Part shown: piece by piece, positions 1 to 7,769 of the stretch | How the letters are laid out: each line of letters starts with the position of its first letter | Position numbering within the stretch: position 1 is the stretch's first letter | From: Kiritimatiella glycovorans | Lineage (GTDB): Bacteria > Verrucomicrobiota > Kiritimatiellia > Kiritimatiellales > Kiritimatiellaceae | NCBI RefSeq assembly: GCF_001017655.1 | Contig: NZ_CP010904.1 | Span: 930,001-962,000 of the forward strand | Direction: 5' to 3' | DNA: 32,000 bases | Position numbers and translations under genes: made by a program | The notes under the pieces: generated by a model | Told to the model about the DNA's origin: nothing | The model's input: only the letters and a program-made list of their open reading frames with translations | Database searches by the model: none

Positions 1-330
1 CTGATCCTGCCCTGGGTCGAAGTCCCGCATCTGGCCAGCCACGTCCTCGGCCTCATTGCCCGGCGCATCCGGGATGACTGGCAGGGCAAGTACGCTCATC
101 CCGTGCATGCCTTGGAAACGTTCGTGGACCGTTCCCGATTCAAAGGCACCTGCTACCGGGCCGCGAACTGGATGCGCCTGGGCGCAACGCAGGGGCGGAC
201 CCGCAACGATCGAGACCGCCGCATCCAGGCGCCGGTCAAGGACGTGTATCTGTATCCGCTTATCCCGGAGTTCCGGCGGGAGTTGTGCGCACCCGCCTGC
301 TCCCGAACCGAAGGGAGGGCGGGCAGGTGA
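1..330 (+). CDS. DUF4338-domain protein, C-terminal fragment (5' end lies outside the window)
   Basis: Frame 1 is open from base 1 to the TGA at 328-330. It translates to ...HALETFVDRSRFKGTCYRAANWMRLGATQGRTRNDR..., which matches the conserved C-terminal ETFVD..F.GTCY.AANW..G.T.G signature I associate with DUF4338. Confidence 0.6.
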   Translation: MILPWVEVPHLASHVLGLIARRIRDDWQGKYAHPVHALETFVDRSRFKGTCYRAANWMRLGATQGRTRNDRDRRIQAPVKDVYLYPLIPEFRRELCAPACSRTEGRAGR

Positions 331-1769
331 TGACACGCCAAGAGGCCGAAGCGATCTACGACGCCGGCAAGGAAACCGTCGTGCGGGTACTGTTGATGAT
401 GGATGCGCGCATCCGTGCTCTGGAAGAACGCGTTCAGTCTCTTGAGAACCAACTCGCCAAAAACTCGCGCAACAGCAGCAAACCGCCCTCCAGCGACGGC
501 TTCAAGAAACCTGCGCCCAAAAGCCTGCGCAAGAAGGGCAAGCGCAAGTCCGGCGGCCAGCCCGGCCATACCGGCCATACGCTCGCGATGGCCGACAAGC
601 CCGAGCACACCGAAGTGCACCGTGTGAAGGAATGCGAACACTGCGGCCGCTCTCTAGCCGATCAATCCGTCGAGGGCATCGAAAAGCGTCAAGTCCATGA
701 CCTGCCACCCCTGCGGCTGATCGTCACCGAGCACCAGGCTGAAACCAAAACCTGCGCCTGCGGCCATCTGAACAAAGCCGCGTTCCCCGAAGGGGTCAAC
801 GCTCCCGTGCAATACGGCGAGGGGATCAAGGCTGCGGCCGTGTACCTGAAGAACTATCAGTTCCTGCCCTATGACCGAACCTGCGAACTGCTGAATGACT
901 TCTTCGGCTGCCCGATGAGCGAAGGCACGCTCTGCAATATCATCGCCCAATCCCACACGTTGGCCGCCGACCCCGTCGAGAAGATCAAGGAGTTGATCGA
1001 GCAGGCCGCCGTGGCACACTTCGACGAGACCGGCTCACGGGTAGACGGCAAGCTGTGGTGGCTGCATTCGGCCTCGACCGCACAGGCAACCTATTATGAC
1101 ATCCATCGCAAACGCGGCCGCGAAGCGATCGATGAGATCGGCATCCTGCCCGACTTCCTCGGACGCGCCGTTCACGACTTCTGGAAACCGTACTTCGGCT
1201 ACGACTGCCTCCATGGCCTCTGCAACGCCCATCACTTGCGCGAACTGATCTTTGCGCATGAGCAGCACCAGCAGGACTGGGCCGACCACATGATCGACTG
1301 CCTGCTCGACATCAAAGAGGCCGTCGATCTCGCCAAACAGTCGACCGATCATCTTGACCGGCGGCAGCTACACACCTTCGAAGCCCGCTACCAGCAAGTC
1401 CTCGACGAAGGCTACGCGCAGAATCCGCTGCCGCCGTTGCCGCGCAACGCGAAGAAACGACGGGGCCGCCGCAAGAAGACCAAAGCCCGTAACCTGCTCG
1501 AACGGCTCGACGAGCACCGCGATGAAGCGCTTGCGTTCATGTACGACTTCAACGTGCCCTTCGACAACAATCAGGCTGAGCGCGATCTACGCATGATGAA
1601 GGTGCAGCAGAAAATCTCGGGCATGTTCCGAACCGAGGATGGCGCCCAAGCCTTCTGCCGCATTCGAAGCTACATCTCAACCGCCCGCAAGAATGCCGTC
1701 GGCGCTATGGATGCGCTGACCCGCCTGTTCAGCGGAAACCCCTTCGTTCCGGCGCTCAATACCTCGTAG
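330..1769 (+). CDS. IS66-family transposase (TnpC-type)
   Basis: 480-aa product starting MTRQEAEAIYDAGKE. It has an N-terminal coiled-coil/leucine-zipper region, KNSRNSSKPPSSDG followed by GGQPGHTGHTL, a Cys-rich zinc-finger-like segment (CEHCG...CACG), and a DDE core ending in the typical AERDLRMMKVQQKISG.FR motif. The ATG at 330 overlaps the upstream TGA by 1 nt (gTGATGa). Confidence 0.9.
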   Translation: MTRQEAEAIYDAGKETVVRVLLMMDARIRALEERVQSLENQLAKNSRNSSKPPSSDGFKKPAPKSLRKKGKRKSGGQPGHTGHTLAMADKPEHTEVHRVKECEHCGRSLADQSVEGIEKRQVHDLPPLRLIVTEHQAETKTCACGHLNKAAFPEGVNAPVQYGEGIKAAAVYLKNYQFLPYDRTCELLNDFFGCPMSEGTLCNIIAQSHTLAADPVEKIKELIEQAAVAHFDETGSRVDGKLWWLHSASTAQATYYDIHRKRGREAIDEIGILPDFLGRAVHDFWKPYFGYDCLHGLCNAHHLRELIFAHEQHQQDWADHMIDCLLDIKEAVDLAKQSTDHLDRRQLHTFEARYQQVLDEGYAQNPLPPLPRNAKKRRGRRKKTKARNLLERLDEHRDEALAFMYDFNVPFDNNQAERDLRMMKVQQKISGMFRTEDGAQAFCRIRSYISTARKNAVGAMDALTRLFSGNPFVPALNTS

Positions 1770-1895
1770 CCTCTGCCGCGGATGAACGGACCTCGCCGAT
1801 CCTACTCGCACTCGCCCCCTCGCAAATCCAGGCGGAGCCATCCCGACTTGCCGCCATCGTCTCGATCCCGTATAGCCCATCTGGAATCGGCTAAC

Positions 1896-1965
1896 GATAA
1901 CGGGCGACGAGAACGGCTCACGAGTTGGAAGCGCCTATCGTCGACCGCTCTCGTCGCCCGTTATC
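1896..1965. repeat. Perfect 17-bp inverted repeat (GATAACGGGCGACGAGA / TCTCGTCGCCCGTTATC) with a 36-nt spacer, downstream of the IS66 transposase
   Basis: Read directly: arm 1 is 1896-1912 and arm 2 is 1949-1965. The arms are exact reverse complements. Confidence 0.7.
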
Positions 1966-2021
1966 GTCAACCGTCCTCTGGGAGAGGGGTACCTGAGTAG
2001 TCACATAAATTTGCATGTCCA

Positions 2022-3445
2022 GGACTATCCCCGGTTTTTCGCAGGGAATTGAGGGAACGCCCCTGCAGGACGGCAAAAGAGGCAAAATAGAAGTGGAATA
2101 GAGTGGTCTCCAAGTGACACCATCAAAAGATGGAGGTGACAAAACAAACACAAGGAGACCGTCAGGGACCGTACCCGAAGCGCGCTGAAAATCCGAGACC
2201 AGATCGGGAAATTTATGGGGATATTTTATCCCCACTTTTCGAAACCGAAACAGCGGTTCATAGAGCAAATGATCTTCGGGCTGCTGGCGGGCAAGGATGT
2301 GAAGCTGAGCACCCTATCGCGTAAGCTTGATGAGCCGGTCCAATTAAAGAAGACCGAGGCGCGGTTGTCTCGCCACCTGAACGCCCCGGGTATGGATCAG
2401 GCGATCAACAAAGAGATCGCATCCTCCGCCTCGCGCAAGATACACAAAGACACGCTGATCATTCTGGACCCGAGTGATATCCGGAAGAACTACGCCGAAG
2501 CGATGCCCTTTCTTGGCCGGGTGCGTGACGGCAGCACGGGGCAGATCGTCAACGGGTACTGGAGCTGCCTGGCCGTGGCCTGTGAAGTGGGCAAGCGCCG
2601 CATGCTGCCGCTGCATCATCGCCTGTGGTCGGCCGAAGCTCCGGACTTTATCAGTGAGAACCACCAGTTGCGGGAGATCATCAACATGATCAGCCGGGCG
2701 GTCTCTAGACGAGGCATCTACGTGATCGACCGCGGCGGCGACCGCTGCAAGATCTATAACCACCTTCTCCGTAATCATTGGCGATTTATCATCAGGCTGA
2801 CGGGCAGCCGCCATCTGCGCTATCGCGGCAAGAACAGCCGGGCCCTGGATCTGGCGGAGAGTTGCCCCATGCTCTATCGCGATCAGCTCGTCAAAGAGAC
2901 TCGCGAAGGCGAGAAGACTTATCAGATCGAGTACGGTTTCCGGCGAGTCAGGATGCCGGGGAAGAAACCCTGGCTTTACCTGATCGTGGTCAAAGGCTTT
3001 GGCCGGAAGCCCATGATGCTGCTGACCACCGAAGAGGTGACGAAGAGCCGCAAGTCGATATGGTTCATCGTTGAGGGCTATATTTCACGCTGGCTCGTAG
3101 AAGACGCCCTCCGCTTTATCAAGCAGAGCTACAAGCTCGAAGACGTCCGCGTCCTCTCGTACCAGCGCCTCCAGAACATGATGGCGCTCGTGCTTGCCGC
3201 GATCTACTTCTCGGCGGTCTGGCTGGGCAGCTCGGTAAAACGGGCCGTTCTCTCGGCCTATGCCATCAAGGCCTCAAAACGCTTCTTCGGTATCGCAGAG
3301 TTCCACTATTACGCGCTCGCCGATGGCATCGCCGCTCTTCTCTCCCGCATCGGCGCATCGCGCAGCCCGCATCCCCGTTCGCCTCCTGTCTCAAGCTTCC
3401 CGCAAACGTGGTTTCCGGGGTTCGGCTGAAAACTGGGGTAAGTCC
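2022..3445 (+). mobile_element. IS4-family insertion sequence (about 1.42 kb) with imperfect 21-bp terminal inverted repeats
   Basis: Left end GGACTATCCCCGGTTTTTCGC (2022-2042) matches the reverse complement of the right end, GGACTTACCCCAGTTTTCAGC (3425-3445), at 16 of 21 positions. The ends enclose a single transposase ORF whose stop codon lies inside the right IR. The 5' region is AT-richer than the rest. I found no clear flanking direct repeat. Confidence 0.7.
2215..3429 (+). CDS. IS4-family DDE transposase
   Basis: 404 aa. Candidate DDE residues are in LIILDPSDI, IYVIDRGGD and YISRWLVEDALRFIK. The last segment fits the IS4 Y-(2)-R-(3)-E-(6)-K signature exactly. Confidence 0.85.
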   Translation: MGIFYPHFSKPKQRFIEQMIFGLLAGKDVKLSTLSRKLDEPVQLKKTEARLSRHLNAPGMDQAINKEIASSASRKIHKDTLIILDPSDIRKNYAEAMPFLGRVRDGSTGQIVNGYWSCLAVACEVGKRRMLPLHHRLWSAEAPDFISENHQLREIINMISRAVSRRGIYVIDRGGDRCKIYNHLLRNHWRFIIRLTGSRHLRYRGKNSRALDLAESCPMLYRDQLVKETREGEKTYQIEYGFRRVRMPGKKPWLYLIVVKGFGRKPMMLLTTEEVTKSRKSIWFIVEGYISRWLVEDALRFIKQSYKLEDVRVLSYQRLQNMMALVLAAIYFSAVWLGSSVKRAVLSAYAIKASKRFFGIAEFHYYALADGIAALLSRIGASRSPHPRSPPVSSFPQTWFPGFG

Positions 3446-3455
3446 AAAAGGGGGG

Positions 3456-3465
3456 GGATCAATTG
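3456..3465. repeat. Left copy of a 10-bp target-site duplication, GGATCAATTG, flanking MITE copy A
   Basis: Identical 10-mer at 3456-3465 and 3610-3619, directly abutting the terminal inverted repeats of the element. Confidence 0.75.
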
Positions 3466-3609
3466 CAGCAGTTCTCATTATGGCCGCATTCCGACCGCGG
3501 ACGGCGTGGCAGCCGTCCCTCCCGAGTCGATATCCGACACATTTTCGGGCACTGGGAGGGTCGGGTGCCACCCCGACCGAAAAGGGTGAAGCCATAATGA
3601 GAATCGCTG
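3466..3609 (+). mobile_element. MITE-like non-autonomous element, copy A (144 bp)
   Basis: 19-bp TIRs: CAGCAGTTCTCATTATGGC on the left, and CAGCGATTCTCATTATGGC as the reverse complement of the right end (17 of 19 match). An internal 18-nt inverted repeat pairs 3506-3523 with 3554-3571 (16 of 18). It has no coding capacity, is flanked by a perfect 10-bp direct repeat, and is 139/144 identical to 29146-29289. Confidence 0.75.
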
Positions 3610-3619
3610 GGATCAATTG
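3610..3619. repeat. Right copy of the 10-bp target-site duplication, GGATCAATTG
   Basis: See 3456-3465. Confidence 0.75.
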
Positions 3620-3643
3620 ACAGCCGGGTCGCGGCCGGATAAT
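3617..3643 (+). promoter_or_regulatory. Candidate sigma70-type promoter for the TPP-riboswitch/thiC transcript
   Basis: TTGACA (3617-3622), a 15-nt spacer, then GATAAT (3638-3643). The predicted start near 3650 lies just upstream of riboswitch P1 at about 3657. The spacer is shorter than the 17-nt optimum. Confidence 0.4.
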
Positions 3644-3654
3644 GTGCGGGTTTT

Positions 3655-3754
3655 GGTCGCTGGGGGCGTCCCGACGGTCGGGACTGAGATCCCCGGAGTC
3701 TTCCGGGGAGACCCTTCGAACCTGTACGGGTTATGCCGGCGGAGGGAAGCGACG
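3655..3754 (+). promoter_or_regulatory. TPP (THI-box) riboswitch
   Basis: Hallmark conserved elements appear in the correct order: TGGGGGCG...CTGAGA...ACCCTTCGAACCTGTACGGGTTATGCCGGCGGAGGGAAGCGA. P1 pairs TCGC (3657-3660) with GCGA (3749-3752). It sits directly upstream of thiC. Downstream CTCCCTCC (3785-3792) can pair with either the aptamer GGAGGGA or the thiC SD GGGGAG, which suggests translational control. Confidence 0.9.
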
Positions 3755-3828
3755 TCCGGGCTCACGGCCCGTACGCGCGCCAGGCTCCCTCCCGGTTCAA
3801 AATCCCGACAAGCGGCCGGGGAGTGAGC

Positions 3829-5478
3829 ATGAGCGCAACACCAGGTGTCGGCGATTACGGTCCCTATTTCCCGGGCTCCCGTAAGATCTACCGGGAGGGT
3901 GCACGGCGGGACCTGCGTGTGCCGTTCCGGCGTATTGAACTCGGTCACATGCGCGGGCAGGACGGTACGATCCGCCGCCACCCGCCGGTGGAGGTCTACG
4001 ATACGAGCGGACCGCACTGCGATCCGGCCGTCGAGGTGGACCCGCGCGAAGGACTCCCGGAACTGCGGGCGGACTGGATTCGTGAGCGCGAGGCCGGGGG
4101 AGCGGTCACGCAGCGTGAGTGGGCCTTGCGCGGAGTGATTACCCCGGAAATGGAATTTGCCGCGATCCGCGAAAACGAGGCCGGGGAGGGCGCCGCCGAA
4201 GGGCGGGAAGTTCAGCATCCGGGCGAGGATTTCGGCGCCGGGATCCCGGCCCGCGTGAGCGCGGAATTCGTGCGCCGGGAAATCGCCGCCGGACGCGCCG
4301 TGCTCCCCGCCAGCCGGAGGCATCCCGAGTCGGAGCCGATGGTCATCGGACGCGCGTTCCGCACCAAGATCAACGCCAACCTCGGCAACTCCGCGGGCCG
4401 GTCTTCGCTCGAGGAGGAGGTCGAGAAAATGCGCTGGTCGACCCTCTGGGGCGCCGACACGGTCATGGACCTCTCCACGGGCGAGGCCATACCGGATACC
4501 CGCGAGGCGATCCTGCGCAACAGCCCCGTGCCCGTCGGCACCGTCCCGATCTATGAGGCGCTGCGGCGCGCCGGCGATGATCCCGCCGGTCTCGACTGGC
4601 CGCTCTTCCGCGACGTGCTGCGCGAACAGGCGGAGCAGGGCGTCGACTACATGACGCTCCATGCCGGGGTCCGGCGCGATACCCTCCCGTCCGCACTGCG
4701 GCGCAGGACGGGCATCGTCAGCCGCGGCGGCTCGATCCTGGCCCGATGGATTCAACTGCGCGGAAAAGAGAATTTCATCTACGAGCACTTCGACGAGGTC
4801 TGCGCGCTGATGCGCGAGTACGACGTCGCGTTCTCGCTGGGCGACGGTCTGCGTCCGGGCTGCCTGGCGGATGCCAACGACGAGGCGCAGTTCGCGGAGC
4901 TGCGCACGCTCGGGGAGCTGACCCGCACGGCGTGGAATCGCGGCTGCCAGGTGATGATCGAGGGGCCCGGTCACGTCCCGCTCCACAGGATCGCGGAGAA
5001 TATGGAGCGCGAACTTGAAGACTGCTTCGAGGCCCCGTTCTACACGCTCGGCCCGCTGGTCACCGACATAGGTGCGGGGTACGACCACGTGAACAGCGCG
5101 ATCGGCGGATCGGTCATGGCCTGGCACGGGGCGGCGATGCTCTGCTACGTCACGCCCAAAGAACATCTCGGCCTGCCGGACCGCGACGACGTGCGCGAAG
5201 GGGTGGTCGTGCACCGCATGGCGGCGCACGCCGCCGACCTGGCACGCGGCATCCCCGGCGCCCAGGTGCGCGATAACGCCATCAGCGCGGCGCGGTATGA
5301 TTTCCGCTGGCGCGACGTGATCAATCTGTGCCTCGACCCCGAACGCGCCCGCAGATTCCGTTACGGCGGAGATTCCGCGGCGGAGGAAGAAGAGGTCGAC
5401 GTGCGCTACTGCTCCATGTGCGGCGAGCAGTTCTGCTCGATGCGGATGAGCCGCAGGGTCGCGGAGGAGGATTCGTGA
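3829..5478 (+). CDS. thiC: Phosphomethylpyrimidine (HMP-P) synthase ThiC
   Basis: Motifs [35 protein letters not shown] and IEGPGHVP, plus the C-terminal radical-SAM-type [11 protein letters not shown] cluster. The start is set at ATG 3829, which follows SD GGGGAG. The ORF-track start at 3733 lies inside the riboswitch. Confidence 0.93.
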   Translation: MSATPGVGDYGPYFPGSRKIYREGARRDLRVPFRRIELGHMRGQDGTIRRHPPVEVYDTSGPHCDPAVEVDPREGLPELRADWIREREAGGAVTQREWALRGVITPEMEFAAIRENEAGEGAAEGREVQHPGEDFGAGIPARVSAEFVRREIAAGRAVLPASRRHPESEPMVIGRAFRTKINANLGNSAGRSSLEEEVEKMRWSTLWGADTVMDLSTGEAIPDTREAILRNSPVPVGTVPIYEALRRAGDDPAGLDWPLFRDVLREQAEQGVDYMTLHAGVRRDTLPSALRRRTGIVSRGGSILARWIQLRGKENFIYEHFDEVCALMREYDVAFSLGDGLRPGCLADANDEAQFAELRTLGELTRTAWNRGCQVMIEGPGHVPLHRIAENMERELEDCFEAPFYTLGPLVTDIGAGYDHVNSAIGGSVMAWHGAAMLCYVTPKEHLGLPDRDDVREGVVVHRMAAHAADLARGIPGAQVRDNAISAARYDFRWRDVINLCLDPERARRFRYGGDSAAEEEEVDVRYCSMCGEQFCSMRMSRRVAEEDS

Positions 5479-6473
5479 GTCCCGGACCCGAGACCCTGTC
5501 CGCGGAGGCTTGGGACCGCCGGGTGCGGGACTTTTGCGGCGCGGCCGCCGGAGATCGATACGCGTTCTACTCCAGCGTGGCCGGCGGCATTACCACCGAT
5601 CCCGTCCGCATGGCCGTACCCGCCGACGATCACCTCGTCCATCGCGGCGACGGGGTGTTCGAATCGTTCAAGTGCGTCGACGGCGCGATCTACAACCTTG
5701 ACGCCCATCTCGACCGCCTCGAGCGCTCCGCAGGGAGGATCGGGCTGGCGATGCCGTTCGACCGCGAAGCCTTGACCCGGATCATTATCGCCACGCTGCG
5801 CGCGGGGGGGCGGCGGGACGCGCTGGTCCGTCTGCTCGTGTCGCGTGGCACCGGCACGATGAGCGCCGATCCGCACCGCTGCCGCCGCCCGGAACTGTAC
5901 GTGCTCGCGTACCGGCTCGGCCCGTCCTCGGCCGGCGATCCCGCCCGGGGCGTCCGCGTGGGCATCAGCGCGGTGCCGGTGAAACACCCGTTCTTCGCCA
6001 CCGTCAAGACCTGCAATTACCTGCCGAATGTCCTCATGAAAAAAGAGGCCGGAGATCGCGGGCTGCATTTCGTGGTCGGGATGGATGCGCGCGGCATGCT
6101 GACGGAGGGGCCCACGGAGAACCTCGCCGCCGTCACCGCCGACGGGGAACTTCGGGTGCCGCCCCCGGACCGGATTCTCGAGGGCACGACGGCGCGCAGG
6201 ATGCTCGAGCTGGCCGGACGTCTGGTGGAGGCCGGCGAGCTGAATACAGCCGGCTATGCGGAGATTTCGCGCCGGGATGCCGAAACCGCGCGGGAACTGT
6301 TGATTGTGGGTACCACCCCCGATATTCTGCCGGTGGTGGAGTTCGAGGGCAGGGCGATCGGGGGCGGGGTGCCCGGTCCGTTGAGCGTCCGGCTTCGCGA
6401 GCTTCTGGAACGCGATATCCGCGAAAACGCCGGGCGGCGGACCCCGGTATGGGAGCAGGGAATTGTATCCTGA
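5475..6473 (+). CDS. Class IV (fold-type IV) PLP-dependent aminotransferase family protein (BCAT / D-amino-acid AT / ADC-lyase-like)
   Basis: HRGDGVFES near the N-terminus, a candidate catalytic Lys in [12 protein letters not shown], and [11 protein letters not shown] 5475 overlaps the thiC stop (GTGA). The ORF-track upstream extension from 5328 is Arg/Gly-rich and overlaps thiC. Confidence 0.8.
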   Translation: MSPGPETLSAEAWDRRVRDFCGAAAGDRYAFYSSVAGGITTDPVRMAVPADDHLVHRGDGVFESFKCVDGAIYNLDAHLDRLERSAGRIGLAMPFDREALTRIIIATLRAGGRRDALVRLLVSRGTGTMSADPHRCRRPELYVLAYRLGPSSAGDPARGVRVGISAVPVKHPFFATVKTCNYLPNVLMKKEAGDRGLHFVVGMDARGMLTEGPTENLAAVTADGELRVPPPDRILEGTTARRMLELAGRLVEAGELNTAGYAEISRRDAETARELLIVGTTPDILPVVEFEGRAIGGGVPGPLSVRLRELLERDIRENAGRRTPVWEQGIVS

Positions 6474-6864
6474 CCTTCAATCCAGCCTGTTGTGCGACGA
6501 GGTTCGCCAGGAGCGGAACGGGAAGTTCATGCTGCTGGGGATCTTCGACACCGTCCGCGCGCGGTCGCTCCCGCTCCGCTTTTCGAGACTCTGCATCGTG
6601 ACCCGCTGGTGCAGCGGCGAGGGGAGCTTTCAGCAGCGCTCGCGCATCCTGTGTCCGGACCAGGAGGCGGTGCTGGCCGAAGGACGGAACATACCGCTGC
6701 GGCTGCAATCGCCCGAATCGACCGCGACCAACGTCGAGGTGTTCGCCGACCTGGAGTTCGGCGAATTCGGCACCTACTGGGTGGAGGTGCTGCTCGATGA
6801 GGCGATGATGATCCGTTTTCCCATCCGCATCCTGAAGAGCCCGGCAAAGGCGCCGCATTCATGA
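6463..6864 (+). CDS. Small conserved hypothetical protein (133 aa, no signal peptide or TM evident)
   Basis: ORF with a TTG start that overlaps the upstream gene by 11 nt. Its stop overlaps the next start (ATGA). Its composition looks coding, unlike the Arg/Pro-rich alternate frames. The N-terminal LLCDEVRQERNGKFMLLGIFD resembles an uncharacterised DUF, but I cannot name the family with certainty. The start is uncertain; an alternative ATG is at 6529. Confidence 0.55.
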   Translation: MYPDLQSSLLCDEVRQERNGKFMLLGIFDTVRARSLPLRFSRLCIVTRWCSGEGSFQQRSRILCPDQEAVLAEGRNIPLRLQSPESTATNVEVFADLEFGEFGTYWVEVLLDEAMMIRFPIRILKSPAKAPHS

Positions 6865-7679
6865 CGGCGCTCTATTACGACGCCCACCTGCACACCCGTC
6901 TCTGCCGGCATGCCGAAGGCGAACCCGACGACTACGCCGCGGAAGCCGCGCGGCGCGGGGTGCCCGGCATCACGGTCACCGATCATGCCCCGGTCCCGGG
7001 CGGATTCGAGTCGGCGATCAGGATGACACCGGAGGAGTTGCCGCTCTACCGGGCGTGGATCGCGCATGCGCAGGAGACATGGCGGGGCCGGGTGGACGTG
7101 CGCGCGGGGCTCGAGTGCGATTACCGCCCCGGCTTCGAGCGATGGCAGCAACGGCTGAACCGCTCGGGCGACTGGGACTTCATTCTCGGCTCCGTCCACT
7201 GCAACATGCGCAGTTACCGTCGGCTCTACTACCGCTTCGACCCCGAAGCCTACACGCGCCTGTACTACGATCACCTCGCCCGGGCCGCGGAGACGGGGCT
7301 GTTCGATGCGCTTTCGCACCCCGATGTGCCCAAGTTCATGTGGCCGGAGCGCTGGAATCCGGACCGTATCCGCGACACGATCGGACGCGCCCTCGACCGT
7401 ATCGCGGCAACGGACGTGGCGCTGGAGCTGAACACCTCCGGGACGCTTAAACCGTACCCTGAAATGAACCCCTCGCCGTTCATCCTTCGGATGATGCGCG
7501 AGCGGAGCATCCGCGTCTTCCTCGGTTCCGATGCGCATGAACCGGCGCGGGTGGGCTCCGGGTTTCCCGGTGCCCTGGAACTCCTGCGTGAAGCGGGGTA
7601 TGTAAAGATCAGTTTCTTCGTGGAACGGAACCGGATCGATCGCCCGATCGACGAGGTGGCGCGTGTACTTCGCAAATAG
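6861..7679 (+). CDS. PHP-domain phosphoesterase, histidinol-phosphatase (HisJ/HisK) family
   Basis: YDAHLHT at the N-terminus, then TDHAP, ILGSVH, LSHPD and GSDAH. This is the metal-binding His/Asp pattern of PHP-family histidinol phosphatases. Confidence 0.8.
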   Translation: MTALYYDAHLHTRLCRHAEGEPDDYAAEAARRGVPGITVTDHAPVPGGFESAIRMTPEELPLYRAWIAHAQETWRGRVDVRAGLECDYRPGFERWQQRLNRSGDWDFILGSVHCNMRSYRRLYYRFDPEAYTRLYYDHLARAAETGLFDALSHPDVPKFMWPERWNPDRIRDTIGRALDRIAATDVALELNTSGTLKPYPEMNPSPFILRMMRERSIRVFLGSDAHEPARVGSGFPGALELLREAGYVKISFFVERNRIDRPIDEVARVLRK

Positions 7680-7769
7680 TGAGTGGATCGCTCGGCTTTA
7701 GCTCTTGTATGCGCGGCGTGAAAGAGTTAGCTTGAAGCTGTCTCTATAAAAGAGGGGAGGGGCCACCTG

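Noticed and set aside
1-330. DUF4338 as DruA of a Druantia anti-phage system
   Set aside because: The next gene is an IS66-family transposase overlapping by 1 nt, followed by another IS. None of the large DruB-E-type genes (for example the DUF1998 helicase) follow. The context is that of a transposon accessory gene. The upstream side is outside the window, so this is not fully excluded.
2007-3455. Target-site duplication for the IS4-family element
   Set aside because: The flanks (…TTGCATGTCCA on the left, AAAAGGGGGG… on the right) share no direct repeat of any length from 3 to 12 nt at the proposed ends. No TSD is claimed, and the exact termini remain provisional.
3733-3828. ORF-track start of thiC at 3733, and of the aminotransferase at 5328
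   Set aside because: ATG 3733 lies inside the TPP aptamer (the ATGCCGGCGGAGGGAA segment). The extension is Arg/Pro-rich and has no SD. ATG 3829 has an SD and gives the expected ThiC N-terminus. Likewise, the 5328-5474 extension overlaps thiC by 150 nt and is Arg/Gly-rich, so GTG 5475 is preferred.
3613-5229. 538-aa ORF on the minus strand
   Set aside because: It is fully antisense to thiC, whose identity is unambiguous. The product is Arg/Ala/Gly/Pro-rich with no recognisable motif. This is a typical stop-poor antisense frame in GC-rich DNA.
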